From IMG/VR virus record IMGVR_UViG_3300031994_000321: a stretch of 34,344 nt of DNA, one strand, 5' to 3'. Of this stretch, positions 29,351-34,344 are shown piece by piece (within the stretch, counting starts at the first letter, position 1; each line of letters starts with the position of its first letter). The notes beneath the pieces are model-generated. The model saw only the letters and a list, made by a program, of their open reading frames with translations. It did not search any database and was not told the DNA's origin. The stretch is from a virus. Position numbers and translations under genes: made by a program.

Positions 29351-30777
29351 TGGCAGGCATCCCCGGCAATAGGTATCTCGGCAAGCTCGTCTTCAAGAAG
29401 GGCTCGACGGTGAAGAACATCTACATCGCCAAGTTCTTCTTCGGCGCCAGGGCCAACGGCGGCTACTACAACACGGGCGGAGCAGCCAACATCAGCAACG
29501 CCACGACAGCAGCTGCGATACGGCAGGCCATCTGCCAGGAGTTCAGCCTGGACGAGATCGAGGCGGTATGGCAAAACGGCTACGCAAAGGGCTTCATCGG
29601 CCTCGTCAAGGACGGCGGCAGCCTCATCAACTATCACGATATGAGCAAGCACCGCGGCCACAAGCTGACTCGCAACGGCGTGACCTACTATGCCCTCAAC
29701 GACGCAGGGCTTCACGTCAAGGGCTGGGGCAACATCAGTATGAACTACTGCTTCACCACGTTCATGGACGGGCTGCTCAGGTATCTCGCGCCCTTCTATG
29801 AGGGCTGCACCTACACCTTCCAATACTCGACTGACGGCACGAACTGGACTACCCACACGTCGGCATCGCGCACCATCAGCGCGAGGGGTGATGCCACGAT
29901 ACCCTTCGGCAACCTTTCGGGCATCTCTGAAAACACACCAGCAGGGACGCTATATACACGGCTCATCTGCACCAACGACGAGGGCACGCTGACCGTGACG
30001 AACAACATCACGATGAAGGCTGCGGCCATCTGGCAGCAGGCCACGCGCTTCTCAGGCTCCTACACTACACACATTCCCACGACGATATACAGCGGCAGCG
30101 ACTCCGGCACGGGTGCTGGCTTCTATATGATGAAGGCCGACTACGATGCCATCATAGCCGCCTGCAGGTCATATACGCCCCCCGTGGAGGCAGGTCACGA
30201 CTACTGGGAGAGGGGCAAGAGGATAGCGGCATCCACGGCAGGCCTCGGCACGATCAACGTGAAGCCGTCCTTGCCTGCGCTGTACAACGGCACCTCGGCA
30301 TCATATACAGCAGGCTGGTACCTGCTCACCAGAGACTACGGCGTATACCTCAACAGCAGCGGCAGGGTGACGTACATCTTCTACGCATACGAGGCCGCCG
30401 GCACGAACCCCCGCATCAGGGTGACTGCATCCTTCAGCCGCACCTGGGACGAGGCCGCGAATCGCTACCAGCTCTCGGCAGTCTGCACGGCAGAGTACCT
30501 GGACGCTACGGCCACAAACCCGAACTACGACACGACGCTGACGCTCCAATGCCAATGGTCGCTCACCAACGGAGGAGCTGCCGCTGCGGGTGCATACTTC
30601 GCAGGAGGGGCGACATTCGCCACGGATACGCTGGTGGTTAAGGCTAACCCCAGCGGCACGCCTGCGGCTGCTGCCTTCTTCGGATATACCGACGAGGGAG
30701 TGACCAACATCAATGGATGCCGCATCACCGTCACGGGCAACACTTCAACGCTCCAGGCGGCTGTGATATACGCCTGA
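29350..30777 (+). CDS. Tail-associated protein of unknown function (receptor-binding candidate)
   Basis: The internal ATG at 29350 overlaps the upstream TAA (TAATG). 475 aa, beta-rich and Thr/Gly/Ala/Tyr-rich. Confidence 0.65.
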   Translation: MAGIPGNRYLGKLVFKKGSTVKNIYIAKFFFGARANGGYYNTGGAANISNATTAAAIRQAICQEFSLDEIEAVWQNGYAKGFIGLVKDGGSLINYHDMSKHRGHKLTRNGVTYYALNDAGLHVKGWGNISMNYCFTTFMDGLLRYLAPFYEGCTYTFQYSTDGTNWTTHTSASRTISARGDATIPFGNLSGISENTPAGTLYTRLICTNDEGTLTVTNNITMKAAAIWQQATRFSGSYTTHIPTTIYSGSDSGTGAGFYMMKADYDAIIAACRSYTPPVEAGHDYWERGKRIAASTAGLGTINVKPSLPALYNGTSASYTAGWYLLTRDYGVYLNSSGRVTYIFYAYEAAGTNPRIRVTASFSRTWDEAANRYQLSAVCTAEYLDATATNPNYDTTLTLQCQWSLTNGGAAAAGAYFAGGATFATDTLVVKANPSGTPAAAAFFGYTDEGVTNINGCRITVTGNTSTLQAAVIYA

Positions 30778-30790
30778 TGCAACGAAATGT

Positions 30791-30804
30791 GGACAAATGT
30801 CCGC
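30791..30804. promoter_or_regulatory. Palindromic site GGACAAATGTCCGC, copy 2 (46 nt upstream of the fibre ATG)
   Basis: Identical 14-mer to 19181-19194, at nearly the same distance from the downstream ATG. A near -7 box (taacttttg) follows. Confidence 0.5.
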
Positions 30805-30849
30805 AACCGTACAATATATGCTTGATAACTTTTGACAAAAATTGAAATA

Positions 30850-33800
30850 ATGGAAGATCTGAAACCCATAAGGCGGCAGACGACAACGACTCTACTTGCC
30901 ACACTCACCGATAACGGAGTGAAGACTGACTGGCGCGATTTCAGCGTGATCCGTGCCTACATATATGCCCTGGATCAGCAGATGGTGTCCGGCCCCTGCT
31001 CGGTTGAGGTAGACAGCTCGGACGAGACCGTCCTTCGCTGCGTCTATGATGCCGGCAAGCCGCAATATCTCGGTCCGCAGAAACTCGTCATCTACTGCGA
31101 ATATCAAGGACAGAAGAACACCTACGACAAGCTGGCGTTCCGCTATGTCGCATCAACCGACGAGACCCTCAATGACGGCACGACGATCGCCGCCGACACC
31201 ACAGACGTATATATCACCGTCGAAGACGTTTCCACCTCCATTCTTTCCGGCGCTATAGCAGCAGCGCTGGATGCAGCTGAATTTGCCAACCGCACCGGCG
31301 AGGATGTCCAGGAGAGGGCGGACCAGGACCATACAAGAGCCGGGCAAGACCACACTCGCGCCGGAGAGGACCATACGCAAGCCGGGCAGGATCACACCCG
31401 AGCTGAGGAAGACCATACGCAGGCCGGGCAGGACCATACCCGAGCCGGGCAGGACCATACCCGAGCTGAGGAAGACCATACGCAGGCCGGTCAAGATCAC
31501 ACTCGAGCTGAGGAAGACCACACTCGCGCCGGAGAGGACCATACGCAAGCCGGGCAGGATCACACCCGAGCTGAGGACGATCATACGCAGGCCGCCAGCG
31601 ACCATACGCAGGCCGCAAACGACCACACCACCGCAGCGGCGGATCACGAAAAGGTTCAGCAATATGTAATAGATGCCGTTGATGTCAGTTTAGATAACGA
31701 AGAAGGAATCCCTTCGGGAACAGGATCGATATCCGGTGGCGTACTTTCCCTTAATTTTCATAATTTGAAGGGAGCAACAGGCGCAACAGGCGCAACAGGC
31801 GCAACAGGCCCACAAGGGCCGCAGGGAAACACGGGATCGAGCGTGGACTACCCCTTTGAAATCGTCAACAACCTTACCACGAATGACGCGACAAAGGCGT
31901 TGTCGGCGGCTATGGGTAAAAAAATCTACGACGATATTCTCACCGGCCCTAAAATAACGGCGCAAGAGAACGCAGGCACGGCTTCATCGTATTGGTATAA
32001 CAATAATGGCACGATAGGATATGGGGCATCGGGAATGGGATTGCACCGCGCCGATTATATCCCAGTCAATGTGGGCGACGCAGTAAGTCTTAATGTAGGC
32101 ATAGGCAGCGCAACGGTAGCGGTGGCATTTTTCTGCAATGATGCAGGCACAATAATCAGCACTATCGCCAAAACGGGCGGCAATACGCAATGGTCTGGCG
32201 GTGTTCCTGCGGGAGCGACACGGATATACATCAACTACCTCACGGGCTATACTTTTACAGTGCCCTCAACAATCGCCAAAATCAATGAGGCGTTGAGTGG
32301 ATTGGACGATGATTTGGAAACTCTCGACGACCAAGTCAATGGATATACCTCGACAACCACGGAGGCTGACGTTACCGCACCTTCTGGGGCTTGGGACAAT
32401 AGCGACGGCGTTGTCACGGCTATATCAAACGGCGTGCTTCACCGTGTCCCCGCAATAGATTTAAGCGGAGTAAAATCATTCAGCCTTACCACTACTCTTA
32501 GTTGGTCAATGGCTGCTGCCGGCTTCCTGTGCGATGATTTCGGCAACATCATAGAAACGATAAGCAGAACTGGGGAAACCACAACGGTTACGGATAAGGC
32601 AGTCCCCGCAGGAGCGACAAAGTTATACATCAACTACGCATCGGCATTCACTTATGCAGGATATTACCCCGGCATAGAAGAAAAAATCGAGGATGAGATT
32701 GAAAACCGCCTTAGTATAGATATAGAACTTCCCATTCTTGCTCCCTCGCCTCAACTCCCCGCAAATGGCGAGACCATATCCGACATCAATGCAGAAACGA
32801 TGACCTCGCAGAGCATACAATCGGCTATCGAGTCTATCATCGACAAACTGCCCACCCCCAACAAGAACTCATACCCCAACAATCCTCGTTACGGGACGGT
32901 ATATGAAACCATTGGCCGCGACGCATCCAATCAGTATGACATCAAGGCTTATGTGTTTACCAAAAGAAACCGTTTTTGTTGGCGAAGCGGCGCAGCCCTG
33001 TATGCGTGGGTAAATGGCAGCACTACATATTACACCGACCATCGTTCACCGATCGTTGGCGACGCGGTGTATAATAGTTCGTCCCGTGCATCTTCGGGAT
33101 ATGTTGTTACGTCGTATGATTCTTCCACTCCGGCTATATCGGTAAACGGGACGGCCTACACAAGAGACGATACCAAGAATGTGGCCGCAGATGAAATCTA
33201 TACCCAGTTAGAACTTGGAAGCACGACCGCGACAATATCATCATATTACAAGGACGGGAGTTGGGCGGGAACGGCCACCGTTGCTTCAGCCACGACACTC
33301 ACCCTGTCGGGGAAAACATATACCCGTTATCCGTCAAGAGACTTTCACACAGGCAACAAGGCGACCATTGCTTTGTGGGCCAACGAACACGGGCCGCAGA
33401 GCGATCCAAACGATGCAAGCGTTATTCTTTACCGCCTTGTTAAAGACTTGTGCCGTGGATGCAATGACAATCCCTTCCTTACATACCTTCGAGGCTATTG
33501 CAAGGTAGTGATTATTCCTGCTGCTAATCCGTGGGGAGTGAATATATACCAATCTGGTGGGTATGGCCGCAACAATGCCAACGGCGTGAACATTAACCGC
33601 AACTTCGACACCATCGGATGGGCCGCACAATCCGACACCAATAAAGGCAGTTATGCGGGCGACCAACCCGAAACGCAGTTTATTATGAATGCCGTCTTGG
33701 ATATGGAAGCAGACATCGCCATAGATGTCCATTGTCTCGGATATGTCACGCAGGCGAATGAGGGACGCTCACACTATGAGGGCGCAGTATCGGAATTGAA

Positions 33801-34086
33801 TGGTAAGGTAGCGAGCGTGATGACTGGCTATTGCGGTCTCTCATATACCTCTTATGGAGACGCAAGCCCCTCGACATCGGCGACGGGTGCTGATTGGTTG
33901 TACTCTCTCGGCATCGCGGGCGGTCTCATAGAGATGAATTCAGGGCCGTATGCTTCGTCGTTCAATGGCAAGCAACATTCCGACGTAATAATGTTTGCAA
34001 ATTACACCTTGCTGCTGAATACGTTGAGAATGTGGTATTATCAATATGACGACACCCTCGATTTATCGCGGATGAGCATCAAATAA
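30850..34086 (+). CDS. Tail fibre: N-terminal domain, DHTxAxx heptad array, collagen-like GXY, two tandem beta domains and a C-terminal M14 carboxypeptidase-like domain
   Basis: The track start at 30832 is TTG and the first ATG is 30850. M14 motifs are IIPAANPWG, GVNINRNF, YAGDQPETQF, IDVHCLG and GADWLY...LIEMN. The expected HxxE Zn motif reads EHGPQ. Confidence 0.8.
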   Translation: MEDLKPIRRQTTTTLLATLTDNGVKTDWRDFSVIRAYIYALDQQMVSGPCSVEVDSSDETVLRCVYDAGKPQYLGPQKLVIYCEYQGQKNTYDKLAFRYVASTDETLNDGTTIAADTTDVYITVEDVSTSILSGAIAAALDAAEFANRTGEDVQERADQDHTRAGQDHTRAGEDHTQAGQDHTRAEEDHTQAGQDHTRAGQDHTRAEEDHTQAGQDHTRAEEDHTRAGEDHTQAGQDHTRAEDDHTQAASDHTQAANDHTTAAADHEKVQQYVIDAVDVSLDNEEGIPSGTGSISGGVLSLNFHNLKGATGATGATGATGPQGPQGNTGSSVDYPFEIVNNLTTNDATKALSAAMGKKIYDDILTGPKITAQENAGTASSYWYNNNGTIGYGASGMGLHRADYIPVNVGDAVSLNVGIGSATVAVAFFCNDAGTIISTIAKTGGNTQWSGGVPAGATRIYINYLTGYTFTVPSTIAKINEALSGLDDDLETLDDQVNGYTSTTTEADVTAPSGAWDNSDGVVTAISNGVLHRVPAIDLSGVKSFSLTTTLSWSMAAAGFLCDDFGNIIETISRTGETTTVTDKAVPAGATKLYINYASAFTYAGYYPGIEEKIEDEIENRLSIDIELPILAPSPQLPANGETISDINAETMTSQSIQSAIESIIDKLPTPNKNSYPNNPRYGTVYETIGRDASNQYDIKAYVFTKRNRFCWRSGAALYAWVNGSTTYYTDHRSPIVGDAVYNSSSRASSGYVVTSYDSSTPAISVNGTAYTRDDTKNVAADEIYTQLELGSTTATISSYYKDGSWAGTATVASATTLTLSGKTYTRYPSRDFHTGNKATIALWANEHGPQSDPNDASVILYRLVKDLCRGCNDNPFLTYLRGYCKVVIIPAANPWGVNIYQSGGYGRNNANGVNINRNFDTIGWAAQSDTNKGSYAGDQPETQFIMNAVLDMEADIAIDVHCLGYVTQANEGRSHYEGAVSELNGKVASVMTGYCGLSYTSYGDASPSTSATGADWLYSLGIAGGLIEMNSGPYASSFNGKQHSDVIMFANYTLLLNTLRMWYYQYDDTLDLSRMSIK
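31327..31653 (+). repeat. 21-bp tandem repeat array (15 full units plus 1 partial) encoding DHT(R/Q)A(G/E)(Q/E) heptads
   Basis: Units start every 21 nt from 31327 to 31642. A 63-bp higher-order block (31348-31410) recurs at 31516-31578. Confidence 0.95.
31771..31842 (+). repeat. Collagen-like G-X-Y stretch (8 triplets) with 9-bp DNA repeats
   Basis: GAT GAT GAT GAT GPQ GPQ GNT GSS, with ggcgcaaca repeated at the DNA level. Confidence 0.9.
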
Positions 34087-34217
34087 CGTCTAACACATAA
34101 CACTATGAAACGCTACATACAATTTTTCGGCATTTGTGCCTACAAATAGTATGGCACAGGCAAGCGGCTGTACCACCAGCCTACGGGCCGTTACTACTCA
34201 GTAGGCAGTGGTCACGG

Positions 34218-34344
34218 AAGACAAGATTGCACAATTCAAAGAAGACTAAGGTGCGGCATTGAAAAAGGGGCTGTAGTAATGCCCTCGCCTGAGCCCCTGA
34301 GCCTACCAGAGTGCAGTGCTGGATGGCGACAGACCACGGGGTAA
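34218..34344. repeat. Terminal direct repeat copy 2 (identical to 1..127)
   Basis: Exact 127-nt match to the window start. Confidence 0.95.

Noticed and set aside
31153-31669. Three overlapping ORFs (two minus, one plus) within the 21-bp repeat array
   Set aside because: These are repeat-generated open frames. The DHTxAxx frame is the only one continuous with the 1078-aa fibre ORF.
26813-34086. Looked for a diversity-generating retroelement targeting the tail fibre genes
   Set aside because: No reverse transcriptase-like ORF exists anywhere in the genome, and I saw no template/variable repeat pair with adenine-specific differences. The repeats present are tandem and in frame.

Overview
The first 127 nt and the last 127 nt of the window are identical, so this is a complete, circularly closed phage genome with 34,217 bp of unique sequence. 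It reads as a temperate siphovirus with HK97-type head genes. The host is most likely a member of the Bacteroidota. Three things support that: TAnnTTTG -7 promoter boxes, no Shine-Dalgarno sequences, and a Bacteroides-type tyrosine integrase N-terminus. Almost all genes are on the + strand and many are coupled by ATGA or TAATG stop/start overlaps.

Gene order:
- Lysis cassette (192-1599): TM/coiled-coil protein, M15 endolysin, unimolecular-spanin-like lipoprotein, small 2-TM holin-like protein.
- Cargo block of small cysteine-rich and membrane proteins of unknown function (1787-4895), closed by terminators.
- Integrase with repeated arm-like sites (5271-6533).
- Minus-strand lysogeny pair: a 2-TM protein and an XRE-type repressor.
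- Divergent switch region, followed by early genes.
- Replication initiator with an iteron/AT-rich origin embedded in its own coding sequence.
- A tRNA-like structured element.
- Accessory genes: a [G/S]Y[G/S] low-complexity protein, a WLKSLRPQ-repeat protein, an SPFH-like protein, a Stealth/GT-like transferase, a DnaA-domain-IV protein, a VRR-NUC nuclease and a ParB-adenine methyltransferase.
- Packaging and structural genes: HNH, TerS (P27), TerL, portal, protease, capsid, connectors, major tail protein, G/GT chaperone with an A_AAA_AAA -1 frameshift, and tape measure.
- Three large distal tail/fibre genes.

All family calls come from motif recognition by eye. No database search was run.

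Best novelty candidates:
1. The terminator-bracketed Cys-rich/membrane operon at the moron position.
2. The 1078-aa fibre, which combines 15-16 DHTxAxx heptads, a collagen-like stretch, duplicated beta domains and a C-terminal M14-carboxypeptidase-like domain with an altered Zn ligand.
3. The FUS-like GYGS repeat protein.
4. Two unusually large, structured non-coding regions: the tRNA-like element at 9.1-9.3 kb and the roughly 320-nt region spanning the circular junction.
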